A stretch of DNA of 64,000 nucleotides from Blasia pusilla (Eukaryota): positions 24,862,001-24,926,000 of the forward strand of contig CM114271.1 of NCBI GenBank assembly GCA_050084515.1. The letters run 5' to 3'. A model generated the notes under the pieces. That model did no database searches. It saw only the letters and a list, made by a program, of their open reading frames with translations, and was not told where the DNA came from. The position numbers were made by a program, and so were the translations under genes. Shown piece after piece: positions 37,398 to 50,913 of this stretch (positions are counted from its first letter, which is position 1; the number at the start of each line of letters is the position of its first letter).

Positions 37398-38317
37398 CTA
37401 GTGAAATTATTGAATATTATTAAGATTCCCGCGCGATGCACATGAAATAAAAAAGTGTTTGAAGAGCTTTTGTTAGTGTATAGCCTGTGAAGGGAAAGGA
37501 TTCATGATGTTGCACACAAATTCAAATTTTTTTCTTGTTGCTCGTATAAGGAGAAACATTTTCTTGCTGCTAGTTGTTGCGTGTCAAACATAGAGGTGTT
37601 TGCAAATCAAGAAGGCACTCTCCCATCATAATATAGATGTTGCTTGTACCATGTACGCCTAACATAATTTCCACAATAGAAGGGAATAAAAACACGTGTC
37701 GATGATTTTTTTTACAATTATACTTCTAATTTCAAATTTTATTTAATTTCAAAATTGAAGTATAATTTCCACTTTTATAAGTCTTAAAAGAGTAAGAAAA
37801 TCACCTTTAGATAATATCCATCTCCCCTAATAATTACATTCCTCCCAAAAAGTTCCAACAATAATTATTCTTCCCCTTCCATTCTTCCCACCAAAATCAC
37901 ATTCACTAAAAAATTTCTTAATTATTTTCATAAACGAAATTATTTTCCTTTTCCATTAAAATTAATTTTCCTTTCCTAAAATATCACATGTGAATTAATA
38001 CCATTAATTTTAAAAAAAGCACATCATTCATTTCAAATTTTAAAAATAATTTTTATTTTCTTAAATCTTAGAAGAATAATAACATTTCACTCTTTCCAAG
38101 TAATTACAGTATTCCATTCAAATTTAAAATGATATACCAATCCCCTAACATGCTTACTATTATTATATTTGAATGCCCCCTCCTGTTCCTAAAGACCCGT
38201 TACTTGAATGCCCCCCCCTTAGCCCTCCCCTACTCCTAAAGCCCCGGTGCTTGAATACCTTCCTCCCCCGAGCCATCCCCGAGGAATTTGAAAATTGGAG
38301 GGGAAAAATAATATAGA
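37398..38317 (-). mobile_element. Probable non-autonomous Helitron
   Basis: On the minus strand: A|TCTATAT 5' end at 38317 (alternative at ~37638), subterminal GC hairpin CATGTGCATCGCGCGGG (~37428-37444), CTAG|T 3' end at 37398; AT-rich interior. Confidence 0.5.
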
Positions 38318-40466
38318 TAAATTTCATACTATTACTTGAACAAATATATTTAGGATTTTTCTAAGAGTGCCTCTCTTTTCACATGGCTTTTTTAGATTTC
38401 GAAATTCGTTCCTTTCTAAACCAGTAAGATCGTTGGAATTCAATTATAAACTAAAAACTAGACTTATGGCACATTTTGTGTTGCAGCAAATTACGAGTCC
38501 ATTCCCGTGGCCAAACCGTTTTTCCACGAAAATTTGTCTTCAATGAGCGGAATTTTGTCTTAAACGCAAGTGCATGAAACACTTGTAGACAGATGAAAGA
38601 CGAGTGTCGAACCTAACGTCATTTGACAATTCGTCAACGACGTGGCCTGTAAAATAGTGAGAACTATGCAGGAACTTTTGGTCCACAATGGGAACAAAAT
38701 TAGGGCTTTCCCAAGCTGCTCTCCGAGTCTAATGCCCGACTTTTCGGTAAATTGTAAGCTAACACTTGATGGTCGAGGTGGTGGGTCGGTTATTCATGAG
38801 GTAATCGTTAACGCTCTTCGAAGGACTATTCTCTCGTGGCCGTTGTTGGGTGCGCCTTACACGCACCTTCGAATCCTGAATTGCGATGAGTAACAGTTCT
38901 CGTATTTAACAATTAAACCTCACCTGCTATCGCGAGAGGCCAAGGAAACCCAAACGGAGCGAGAGCGAATCCTTCAGCGAATCCTTGGGAGATATCCGTC
39001 GTCGGTAAGTCAACAACAACAACAGATCTCTGGACAAAACTAGCAAACGATATCAGATTCGAAGCATGCTTCGCGGGATTCCAAACATGCCTCCGGCACG
39101 ATTTGCTCTCCCTCTCTCTACATATATCCCTTTCTATCTATCTGTGTTTTGTTTTCGTTCTTTCTACGAGCTAGAGTACAGTTCTACCGGGAGGGAGAGA
39201 TCGGGCATATTATATAGTATGACTTGATACGCATGTCTTCCGCGGCGTTGAGACACTTGTTTGGTGCGGAAGATTCTGGAGTCAATATGGTGGGGCCCGC
39301 AGTGGCGCTTTTGCGCAGGTGGCGCGCGGAGGGAGGCTGTAGATTGGGGGCAGAGCCGAGTCAGCAGGCAGGCCTACGGGCCTACAGGCAGGCAGGCAAT
39401 CAGGCCGACCGACCGACAGAGGGCGAGGGGCAGATGAGTTCGTCCCGAGCGCTAGCGGGACAATGTAGGAAGTCCTGCGGCGCACCGGAGTGCAGTCAGA
39501 TCCCTTGTGGTCGAATGGCTTCCCATCCGTAACGAAATTTCAAAGAGTCGAGTGAGTCAGTGCACGTGCTGGAACGATCAGCGCGCTCTTGAGCTGATCC
39601 GTTTCCTTGACACCGGAAGTGCATGACTGTGGTGTCAATAGTGGAATTGACCTGTCGCGCCCACACGCGTCCCTTGGAGCTAACAACTTCGGCTCTCTCT
39701 GTCCTCAGAAGGGGAACACACCAGTCTATCGCTGCGATGCCGTTGCCCGGCATGCAGAATTCCTATTTCTGTCTATCGGCGGTTTCGTCATCTTCGTCCA
39801 TTCTTGTTGTCACGGACTGTATAAATCGGATCGCCTGAGTCGTCCGCTATTATTTCCGTTTGGAAGAGAGGTGGATTGCCATCGTGGAGAGTGGAATTGA
39901 GACCGTCGCGGAAGTTGTCCGCAGTCGTGCTGCTTTAGAAAAGGCGGGCGGGGCCGAGTGTTGGATCGCGTGGAAATCGCTCGTCTGGAACCCATGCACT
40001 TGTCAATGTCCCTTTGGTTCCATTTGCGCACTGGCGATGCTTTGGATTCCCCGACAATTCGACTTTCTCCCGCGTGGAGTTCCCCTCTACGCATCTCGTG
40101 TATCGTAGTAGGACTGGAACCCCCGCAATCAGTTGTGCTGGCAGATTTTGTCCACCGCCGTGCAGCAAATACGCGTCGTCTATAATTCTCGTCACACCGC
40201 GATCAACTCGCACTATATGATCTTTGATGTCTGTGTCGCGAGGCGGTGATGTTTAGGAGTTCAGGCAGCGGTAGGCGGCAGACTTTAGGGTTTCGCGAGT
40301 TCGAAAGAGTTTAGGTTGAGTACGTCGATTTTGGGTGGAGAAATCGGAGTTCGAGGATCTCCACGAGGTCCACGTGAAAGGTTTCGATCGCCAAGATTGT
40401 GAAAATCTGTGGAAATTTCCTGTTTGTAAGTGGCTCAATCACCTCTAGTCCAGGGTCGATTCCGCC

Positions 40467-42170
40467 ATGGGAGGCCTCGGCTGCGTGGCATCGAGCGGCA
40501 TAAGTCATCTGCTCACATTCCTCATGACGTTACAATCAGCGGCGGTGAATAGCTCAGGAGAAGTCGATCCGAAAAACTACGTCGATCTGTCCCTCCGTCC
40601 GCATGTGTCCTTGGCCGAGGCAGAAACGGCCTTCAAGTTGCTTCCGATCGTAAGCGGCGTCGGGATCGCCAACGTCACTCTGCAGAGATTTGTGTCCGAC
40701 TACTTCGACCCTCCCGGATCCGAATTAGAGCGGTACCTGGCCATAGATTACAACGCCAAACCACAGGCGTTCCTCCGCAATGTGAAAAACGACGAGGTGC
40801 TCCAATGGGCGTACGAAGTGCACAGCATCTGGTTCGACCTCATGCGCCAGGAGATTCCACAGGTAGCTGAGGACCCCGACCGCTTCACGCTCGTGCCCCT
40901 GACGAACCCGGTTGTGGTCCCAGGCTCGAGATTTCGAGAAATCTATTACTGGGACAGCTTCTGGTCCATCCGGGGCCTGGTGGTGAGCCGCATGGTCACG
41001 ACGGCTCGTGGAATTGTGGACAATCTGCTCTCCATGGTGGAGACCTATGGATTCGTCCCCAATGGCGCACGGAAGTACTACCTGAACCGCAGCCAACCGC
41101 CTCTGCTGAGCGAGATGGTGAAGACAGTTTTCCTGGCCACTGGCGACGTGAGACTCTTGAAGAAAGCACTGCCGATCCTGGTGAGTGAACACTCGTTCTG
41201 GACTTCGCGGCCGCACAATGTCGTCGTTGTGGACGCCAAAGGCGTGCAGCACTCGCTGAGCCGCTACTACGCTAATTGGAACACCCCCCGGCCCGAGTCT
41301 TCCACCATCGACAGGGAAGTGGCCGAATCCCTGGGAGACGATACGCGGAAAGCGCAGCTGTACAACGACATAGCCACCGGTGCGGAGAGCGGGTGGGATT
41401 TCAGCTCGCGCTGGATGGCAGATCGGTACAGCCTCGACACGCTCCGCACTTCCCAAATCGTCCCGGCGGACTTGAACGCGCTCGTGTTCCAGATGGAGAG
41501 GAACATCGCTTTGTTTGCCAAGTGGGTAGCGGACAACGAAACCGGCCTGAAGTTCTCGAAACTCGCGCAAGCCCGGCGCTCTGCGATCGAAGCTATTTTG
41601 TGGAACGATGAGATGAAACAATGGAACGACTACTGGCTCCCCGCGAACACCAACTGCGACGCAGAGTCCACCCCTGCGATCTTCGACAAAAGGTCTCAAA
41701 ACGCCGACGTCTTCGCGTCCAACTTCATTCCTGTCTGGTGCGGGTTGCTACAACGCGACGAGAACGGAACCGCGAGGGTGGACGAACTGGTCGCGGCGCT
41801 CAAGAGCTCGGGGCTGCTGCAGCCCGCGGGAATCGCAACGTCCATGACCGAGACGGGCCAACAGTGGGACTATCCGAACGGTTGGGCGCCGTTGCAGCAC
41901 ATGATCATAGAGGGACTGGCCATGACGAAGTCCCGGGCTGCCAAGGCCACTGCCAAAGAGATGGCCGTGAGATGGCTGCGAACGAATTACGCATCGTTCG
42001 TGAAGACGGGAGCGATGCACGAGAAGTACGATGTGCGAGAGTGCGGTGCGTCTGGCGGCGGAGGAGAGTATGCAGCGCAGACTGGCTTCGGCTGGACTAA
42101 TGGCGTCGTCCTAGATCTGCTGAGACAATTCGGATGGCCTGCGAGCAGATCGATAGCCTGCTCTCAATGA
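40467..42170 (+). CDS. TRE1: Trehalase (glycoside hydrolase family 37), single coding exon
   Basis: 567-aa ORF with DPKNYVD, VVPGSRFREIYYWDS, YYLNRSQPP, PRPES, AESGWDFSSRW, QQWDYPNGWAPLQ, EKYD and GGGGEY..QTGFGWTNG. Confidence 0.96.
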   Translation: MGGLGCVASSGISHLLTFLMTLQSAAVNSSGEVDPKNYVDLSLRPHVSLAEAETAFKLLPIVSGVGIANVTLQRFVSDYFDPPGSELERYLAIDYNAKPQAFLRNVKNDEVLQWAYEVHSIWFDLMRQEIPQVAEDPDRFTLVPLTNPVVVPGSRFREIYYWDSFWSIRGLVVSRMVTTARGIVDNLLSMVETYGFVPNGARKYYLNRSQPPLLSEMVKTVFLATGDVRLLKKALPILVSEHSFWTSRPHNVVVVDAKGVQHSLSRYYANWNTPRPESSTIDREVAESLGDDTRKAQLYNDIATGAESGWDFSSRWMADRYSLDTLRTSQIVPADLNALVFQMERNIALFAKWVADNETGLKFSKLAQARRSAIEAILWNDEMKQWNDYWLPANTNCDAESTPAIFDKRSQNADVFASNFIPVWCGLLQRDENGTARVDELVAALKSSGLLQPAGIATSMTETGQQWDYPNGWAPLQHMIIEGLAMTKSRAAKATAKEMAVRWLRTNYASFVKTGAMHEKYDVRECGASGGGGEYAAQTGFGWTNGVVLDLLRQFGWPASRSIACSQ

Positions 42171-44688
42171 CGTGAATCGTAGACAAGGATTGGCAGTATG
42201 ATAAATTTTGCACTTGTATCACCGTTCTATTATCGAAGCGCTCATGAACTTACGTATTGCAGGAAATCCAGAGTAGAGGAAATCAAAGGCAATTATAAAG
42301 TACCAGAACAGTCGAGCAGAAACACTTCCTCAATTCGTGACCGCTTTGTATCATATCTCAAAAGTTTTGCGAGGTGGATCAATCATCCGCTGTCAACTAG
42401 TTTGAGAAGAACGAGGAATTTTGAGAGCTTACCCGCAGTTATTCACCGTAATCAACTAGATTGTGGACATGCCAAATCTCAAACAAGAAGAGCCCAGACT
42501 ACACTGGAACCTATGTAGTAGACACGATTCATAAAGGTCTTCCGTTTCCGGTTATTCCTATTTGGAGCACGCGATGAGCGTTCCGAAGTGAGCTTGCTAA
42601 AGAGTCGTGATTGTATGTCAGAGAGGTTCATATTGGCGCTTTGAGTGGTAAGGTTCAACGTAAGTTCATGAAGGTGGTATTGCTCGAGGTCTCAAATGGT
42701 CTGATTTGCATCCAATGGTTCACTTCCTGGTCCACCGCGAGCGCAGCAGGTGTTTTGCTGGAGGCGTTCCGCTTCACAGGGGGTTGTCTATCTACAGCCG
42801 TAGTAAGTCCTGCGCTCGACTGTCCATAAACCCACTATATGAAAAGAGAATAATTCTGCAATTTGTGCAGCTGCGAACTAGCGGACCCTACTCAGGCCAA
42901 CTTTTGTTTTTCTTTACCTGTCTTCCTTTTGTGTAACGTAGTTTCTTTCCAAACGATTGGTCAGGAGGGCACTGCGGTTTTCTGTTCCATACGATTGGAT
43001 GGTAGGGCAATCCGGAGCCAAATATGCTGTAGCTTTTAGAGCTGACGCTGCAGGGAGCCAATCGCAGCTTTCGGTTGAACAACGAGCGGGTGACGAACCA
43101 ACTGAGTCTGGCGCGGGGACCGAAGTGATGTGAATCTTGTCAAAAACACCCCGAACCGGAAGGTGCAAAGCCACGGACAATGGTGACAATGGTTCACACA
43201 TGGAAATAAGCTCACATGTCATGACGGCGTGCGTTGCCCCAGGTGAGTGGAGATTCTGTGGCAACATCTTCCGTGAATTAGGCGCTCTTCATTATTCTGA
43301 TCCAGAGACGAGTGGAAAAGTCGCCTTCGATTTGGAGCTCATTTTACTCACTACCAAGCACACTAATTGAGAAGTGGGCCGATCGCATAATAGAGAGCAC
43401 ACATGACCTAATCATCCAGGACGCCCTTACCAAAGTGGCACAGTTCCACTCGGGTACGCAAGTCAGAGGCGCACTCGGGTACGGAAGTCTAAGGCGAGCC
43501 GCGGTCCACAACTAATGGGGGAAACAAAATGTGATGTCGACTGTGACGAGATCCCTTCGTGGGTGCAAAGTGCAAGGAGTGCAAGATGCAGCATCAGACC
43601 TTCCGCATCTTCTCGAGCCTCTACAACTGAACGACAATGAGGTTCGTCGAAACAAACACGCACACTTGGAAGATAATTTGTTGACCTGTCAACTTCACGG
43701 AGTTAAATAGCATCGCCTTGTACAGGGGCTTGTACAGTGACCTGTGATAAGGAGTACTGTGTAACTGTGCTAGTCGGTCGTACGAGATGAGTACTGGCAA
43801 TTAAGACTGAAAAGAGAAGTACAGAGATTTATCACCGACAACATCAAGTGCCCCATCTTCTTGTTGGAACCAGCGGGATTCTTAAGACATGTGATGCGGT
43901 AAGGTATAATCATGCTATCACGCAGAAATTCTTATGGGAGACCGGACATAAGTTGAGTAAAAAGTCCATCGGGATTCAGGTTCTGAGAAAGCTTCCCCAC
44001 ACTCGTACGGGTCATTCGTACAAAAGCGTGCAGAATCAGTGATTCGGAATTGCCCGATGTGCCTGTCATACGCATTCTTAACCGGACCATAGATCCCAAG
44101 CCAAGAGACAGGGTATGAATTTCGAAGTCCTGCGAACATTACGGCAACATCTCTTGGCCTCCGGGTCATTCGCAGCTCGAAAGTTGTAAGACTTCGCCCT
44201 TCCTCCAAATTTGCAGGAACTAATCCAAATGCATTTCAGATGGAACAGGCAGAGAAGGCTCCTAAACGCTGAATGCAATCCGATCCATAACTGCTGGAGG
44301 AATGATCAAGATTGAAATAAGTATCCATGAACTTCAATTTCCGCCCGCAAAATGTTGAGCCAAAGACCGACTTCGATCTTTTCACCAACTGTGTAGAGGT
44401 CCCCATCTTTACAACCCCGTTACTTGTACCGTAGCTAAACACTGAGAAAGTTACAGTAAAATGCGAGTGAAATGTCGCGTATATGATATATGAAGAATAT
44501 GAACATTCCCTGCCTGTTATTGAAGATCAGTTCGGGCCCTTTGCATAGTGATTGGGACATAGTTTACGACCTCTTGACATATGTACAAATTTTACAATGG
44601 TCACCTGACTATCCTGTACCCGTGGTCAGTGAAGCTGTTGCTTTCTCATTTAACAGATAGCATCTTTGCAAAGAAGCGAGGTGCTTCC

Positions 44689-46369
44689 TCATATAAAATC
44701 TAATGCAAATGCAAAAGGAGACCGCTTTAATCTATACATAATGTCTCCCGTAACACACCGAGTGATACGGCTGGACATACCAATCCAGAAATAGAACCAG
44801 GCCATGGGAAGAAAGAAAAGGCCCTTCTCGATTACGTATTGAAGATTTCCCACGCCTTCCTGCAATACAATTGTTAAAATGATCCAAAGAAGATTAGCCT
44901 CGCCAGCCTCATCCTTTTTAGTAGACCAATAGTTTGAGTCCTTAGTATCCTGGTGCGGAACATACTGTGCCATCTGGGTTCCATCATCTGTCTTGTGGTT
45001 TGCCCGTACCACGGAAGGACTACCTTCAACATTTATCATTTTCCCGTTGGCTGCAAGCCATCTCAGCCACCTTCTCTCGAAATCCTCACCAGGCTCCAGG
45101 CCCTGTTCGACGATCTCTTTTCTAATCCAGTCCCACAGTGCCCAGGGTCCACCTTCTATGATCAATTTGAGCAGGTCTCGTTTTTCACCCAGCAGATTTT
45201 GTAATTCTGCTTCTTTGGCAATTAAAAGTCGCTTTGATTGCCTTGCTGCTTGTCTGCTTTTATCCAATGCTTGGACCATTTCGTCCAAATCTCTGATGAT
45301 GACAAAGACACAAGTTCGGTTTTAATCTCAGGCAGAGTTGCAAGCACTTCAAGCAGCCCAACCAACGAAGTATCTCAAGAACAAACAACGGTTTATCTGG
45401 ACAACTCTGCCGTGCACTCTTTAACTCCAAATTCTAGTTTCAGTGCTAGTTACATTTTGCCTCTTTCCATGTGCTGAAACTATGTGGATATTTGTAACCA
45501 ACAACACGGAGCTTTCAAATCATTTCTTTCAAATTCATCATTGGTTCTAAACTAGAAATAATCCTGCAGTTATAATACTAGGAAGATATTTCGACTTTGC
45601 GTATCTGGACGCTGATGAGAGTTCATGAAAACCTACATCACAAGTCTTTAAAATCCTAACGAAACAACAACAATTAGCAGACCGGCAGAAGCGAATCACG
45701 CCCAGACCACCAAACTCATGGAACACTCGGGATCTACATGGATACACAAGACACGTCTAATCGACCGGATAATTACAATGAGCAATTGCCACACCTGAGA
45801 AGAGATTCTGAGAACTTTTTCTGTTTAGCTCTCCGTTTCGATTCCTCCTGAAACTGCTGAATCGCTTTGTTCCGCTCTTCCAATAATAGGAGGATTTCAG
45901 ATGAGAGTTCAAGCTCTTTCTCTGCAGAGTTCTGTCGTTCCTCGTTCATCAGATTCTCTTGTTTTAACAAAATGTCCAAAACGGGTTCCAAGAGAACGTC
46001 TCGCACGCGTTGCGCTACATCAAGAATATTATCTGGCACTCCCTCTGCCTCGAGTTCCTTTAGTTCCTGTTGGAGAATATGTGCCACAAAGAGATGACCA
46101 GTGAGAAAGCTGAGGAACCAATCAATTTCAACCGCCACAAATCACTCGGTGGACTTCCGTAAAAGCGAATTTCGCTCTCTTGGTTCTGTGCTATCACATG
46201 GACCAAGCGTGACAAATTGTTTTCTCCGTCCACTTACCGCTAAAACGCCCTGAATGGCTGATTGGTCCCAGTGACTTGGATGTAACCGCATGATTCGGTC
46301 CAGAGTTTGCAAAAGCTCCACTGAGTCGTTTTCAATTGTAACCCGCTCTTCAGTCTCTACTGCCTCCAT
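44689..46369 (-). CDS. Hypothetical coiled-coil protein with hydrophobic C-terminus; exons 46369-46238, 46066-45795, 45292-44689
   Basis: Three ORF segments join in frame across canonical GT-AG sites (GTAAGT donor at 46237) to 1008 nt; heptad-rich middle. No family recognised. Confidence 0.65.
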
Positions 46370-49300
46370 GATACCCTCTCACCCTACGACTCCACGTATG
46401 GTTCTCCCTCTATGCCCGAAGATTTACTCGGAGGACTAGTCGGTTATATTGACCATTGCACCAGCAATTCACGATCACCAAACTTCAAGCCTTAGAACGG
46501 ATTACTCTCCGTTGACCGAGCAATATCGACTCCTTCCAGGTCAGTCGCTTATATTCTAGAATATACTCCAAAAGTTGCCTGCTTAACAATGCATAGTGAT
46601 TTTCGTTGAAGTTCAAACAGTGATCCCAAAAGAGTTCGCCTCTACACTATCCCGATCTCACATAATTTTCCGAACTTGATGCTCCGCAATCCGCAGAGGT
46701 TTTCAATCCTCGCCAGTTGCAGTCTATTGCACTTAACCTTCAAATTTGTATTCCCAGTACAAGGCCTTCTGGAGCCAGCGTCTACTTCTGCAAACGCCAC
46801 ATTTGCCGTCAAAACTCTGCGTGCGTTTAATTTATTTGACTCCAAGGCTTAGAATGCAATATATCATGCAAATGCATTGCGAAGTGGAACCTCAACATCC
46901 ATCTCCAGAAAATTTCAAATCGCAGCAGCCTAATCTGCACCATCTAGCACTCGTCCCACCATACACGTTGATTCCTGTTCGCATAAACAATGTTCAATTT
47001 CATACGGAATAGTATCCTGAAGAAAAACCGGCTCACCGTACTTTCGTTCATCACCTCAGAATTGCTCACCATGCAATCTCCCAATTGCTCAGACGCTCCT
47101 CATCGGTCTCTCTCCTCCTCCCGTCTCCACTAAATTTCTAGCCACAAAGGGACCTCTCACGTTCGAATTCAAACCTCTCCAAGATTCTTTGAACCTCCGA
47201 CTCGCTTTTCCGAAAGATATCCGATAATCAACGCCTTCAATAGCGGACGTTTCTCCTTGTCTCCGCACAGCATGAAATTCTGGCCTCCATCCTTCGCACC
47301 CCGCCAATATCAGCATCGCTCCTCAAGCTCTCCTCGTGGAACTCGTTGTCGGTCGTCGAGAGTACTCCAACACTGAATTCAGAATCCATACATGAATCAA
47401 TCAGGAAGGACGAATCGCACGCCAAGACAAGACAAAACCCTAGAGATGGACACAGCCACGCAAGCGGCAAATAACAACTGTCCTTGAGGATGAGGCAGCT
47501 AAATTTATCGGAGGGGAAGGTCGAAAAATACTGAAAAATTATTAAAAATCATATTTGTAAAATAAATGTGGGAGGGTTGTGTGACGGCTCCTTCTTTCAA
47601 AAGGGGTGTAGTAGTAAAATTGAAAAGTGTTATTTAAAAAGTGTTATAGGTTTGTAATCTTCTATTATGGGAGAGTGCCCTTTATGAGAGTTGTTACGTC
47701 TCCTCATGACACGTGTCTTTTTGGACCAATAAGATTCTTCCTCTTAATTCATCATTCCATGGGTTACATGTGCTCTCCTCTCGAATTTAGAATCGGTTAT
47801 GTTTTTTTCACCTATGCAGAGCACGGGGACCGTCTAGTTAGAATAAGAATTACTAGCTCTAGAAGCACAAAATTTTAATTTATGCAAAAGTATTCTTACA
47901 TCATAGAACATGAACCATTAGTCCCATATCTATTTGAGCAAGGAGAACTTACACAAAGTGAGAGAAGTACCATTTTTCTCATGTTGAGTCATGTCCTCTT
48001 CTAGGGGTTTTTAGGAGCTAGGGTGTTAGAATTTGAATTCCCTCGAGGGGGAGGATGGATGTGGCTTGAAATTATATATCATTGAGACTGGAATTCATCC
48101 TGTGCATCATTTTAACTTTCATTTTACAAAAGAAAAAAAAGTTAAAATGATTGGGGTAGGACGAATATTTTTATTCCCATACGCAATTAAATTCCCTCAT
48201 GGGAGAGCTCTAGTAGAGATATTCACTTTTAGAAGTTATTGATTTTTTGTTTGGAAGGTAGTGTGTGGAGGTAATGTCCATTTTTCCATAGGATTCATTG
48301 ATGGAAATCCAAAAAAGACGCAACATCAAATGAGTTTTGGGGAGATTGTTGTTGGTGTCCATTGAGAGGGGATAGAAAAATCAAGAAGATACATCTAAAA
48401 TTAGTGTGAAGTGGAGAAAATACTAAGAAAACAATATTTTGGAGGCATTTGATTAAAGTGGAATTTTAGGCTGATTCCAATGACTCATTTCTAAAAAAAA
48501 AATAGCATGTTATTTCCAATTGATTTTCAAGAGGTGTATTTTATTGCAAGAATCTTGTCAATTTCCTTGATCCTTTCTAACTAAATTTTTTCCCATTTGT
48601 AGCCTATTTTTGGCTCTTTTTTGCTTCAATTTTTCCAACATGAGTTGCAACTCGCTAATATTGTGCCAACTTATGCCAATATGGTAGCTAGCTACCAATC
48701 AAACTTCAATACATGCATACTTTGTATACCATGGTGTGAAAAACCCTCCATCTTTACATATCATACATCCAGTTAGTTTCAACCCCTATTCTAGTTTGAG
48801 TCATATCTTTCTATTGTCATTTTGATGCTTATAACCCCTTATCTCATTCAGGTCATATCAATAAATCCTAATATGTTAGCTTTATTTTACCCTTACAAAA
48901 ATAATGTGGTGGTATTCTCCCACAATCTAAGTTCTAAGGGGACTCGTAGGTATGTACATTGGGTCATGTTGGAAGTAATATTATGTTCATATAAAACTTA
49001 TATAGTACCTACATTATTAAGGTATTATGCAGTAATTTTGACATCATATGATTGATATTACAAAGAAAGTTTTCATGGTAGATGACATGTCGTGCATATA
49101 CACATAACATTTATTGTCGTTACTAACTACAAGCACATAAATATAAGATATCATACTCACTCATTGCATCTAAACTCTAAGACAATCATGTACAAAACTA
49201 TCTCAAATCACTCATGTTTAGATAGTTCTAACATGGTCCACACAAGTTTTGGTTAGCGTAGTAAGCCAAACCACTTTATTTTTGGAATTTCACTTCACTA

Positions 49301-50913
49301 TCGTACGACAATCCGAGTGGAGCTAGGAGTCGAGCCCTCTCAATTTACCCCATCTTGGATGCATCTCCCTATAACATTGGGTCAACTCACCCAAATAGTA
49401 TTTTTACCTCATGGTCCCCTAAAACAAAATTTCCCCTTGGCTTCCAACTAAAGGAAATACATTCGTACATGGTCTACCCTCCAAATTAGATTATACCACA
49501 CAATTTTGAAATTGCTCCTTCACATGGTAACCCCACAGAAATTGTCACCAATTTGCATTGTAGCGTTGAAATAGCATACCCTATTTTTTACAACATGCTT
49601 GACTCATTATTAGATCCTTCATCACACCTCATCTAAAACTAGTAGCAACTATCATACAACTTGCGACCTTAACTCCTACAAATTAATCGATAGCGCTTCC
49701 ACGTTGATTCCTTCCACATAAAATCATCAACCTGTGATTAAAAAAAAAACTCCAGCGTGCTCCCAAGAGCCCCAAGATGGTGGACTTGGTCCCGATACTT
49801 AAATTCTACTCAAAATTGGGTTGCGTTTTCGCCCGACTCTTAATTTCCAATTGCGAAATTGGGTAGCGCTTTTGCACGACGCTTTGCAACCATACTCTTA
49901 GTAAGAACTTACTTGAAATTCTAAGTTCCTCAATATGACTCCAAATAAGCCAAAGCAGAGGAGAAAAATGCTCTTAAGATACCCTAGGCCCCAACAGGTC
50001 ATCCTTGACCACTTGAAGTTGTCCTCTAATCTCCTTGAAGCTGCTTTATATAAACTCATCCATCTGTCCTAAAAAACGTGACACACCTATAATAGCACGT
50101 AGCATGAGATTTCACTAAGGATAGATTTTCTGTGCTCCTCCATTGCATGCCATCCACTCGAAGTCTAAGGGACTTGGAAGCTTAGTAAATAATCCAAAGA
50201 TAACTAATAAGAAAGACATTTCATCCTTAGCGCAAAGGAAGTTATAATATTATCACACGCCAGTGGTAGAGAGACTTGGGTGATGCCATAATTTGACCAT
50301 TTGAAGAGTCGGAAGGGGCCAAACTCATTGGTTTTGTCGTCCTGCTCCCACTACCCTACGCTCTTTTTCGACATTTGTCCTTGAACCTGAATCCACCAGG
50401 TCCACAGTGTGTACGTAGGCGAAGATAACTATGATCAGAATCATATTTCAGGTATGTACGTTTGTGGGTGGGAAGAGGCCACGAGATCGGAATGGCTGTT
50501 TTGCTGGAAAGAGCACGAGAAAAATGCTACTTTCTTTCCAGCTGAAGTGCACACAGCCGTCCCTTGTGATCAGCGCATTAACTACATTTGGTTCAGCACT
50601 CCATAGGACGCAAGAAAGCTGTCTACAAGTTCAGGTGGCATTACTCTCCAATTTGAACAAACTCGTTGTAGTACACTTCCCGTGTAGTCTGGTGCAGAGG
50701 AGATGAGCCTTCCAAATAGTAGAGAGTTTTCAAAAAAGATTCACGGATGGACAAAATGATTTGAACATAAGGAGAGAGGAATGGATGACGAAGTGCGAAT
50801 AAAAAGACGGTGATAGAAAAATTTGGAAATACACGAGCCTCTGGCATGGTGACCATACACACCATATGAAGGTTGGTCCGCCAGAAAGGATCTGAAATTG
50901 TAGCAACTAGCAT

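Noticed and set aside
40725-41699. 324-aa antisense ORF
   Set aside because: Shadow of the GC3-rich trehalase coding strand.
47089-47470. Short ORFs upstream of the coiled-coil gene
   Set aside because: They do not join in frame to the CDS; probably 5' UTR or uORF sequence.
47500-50350. Possible TE remnants in the AT-rich spacer
   Set aside because: No recognisable domains or termini that I can support.
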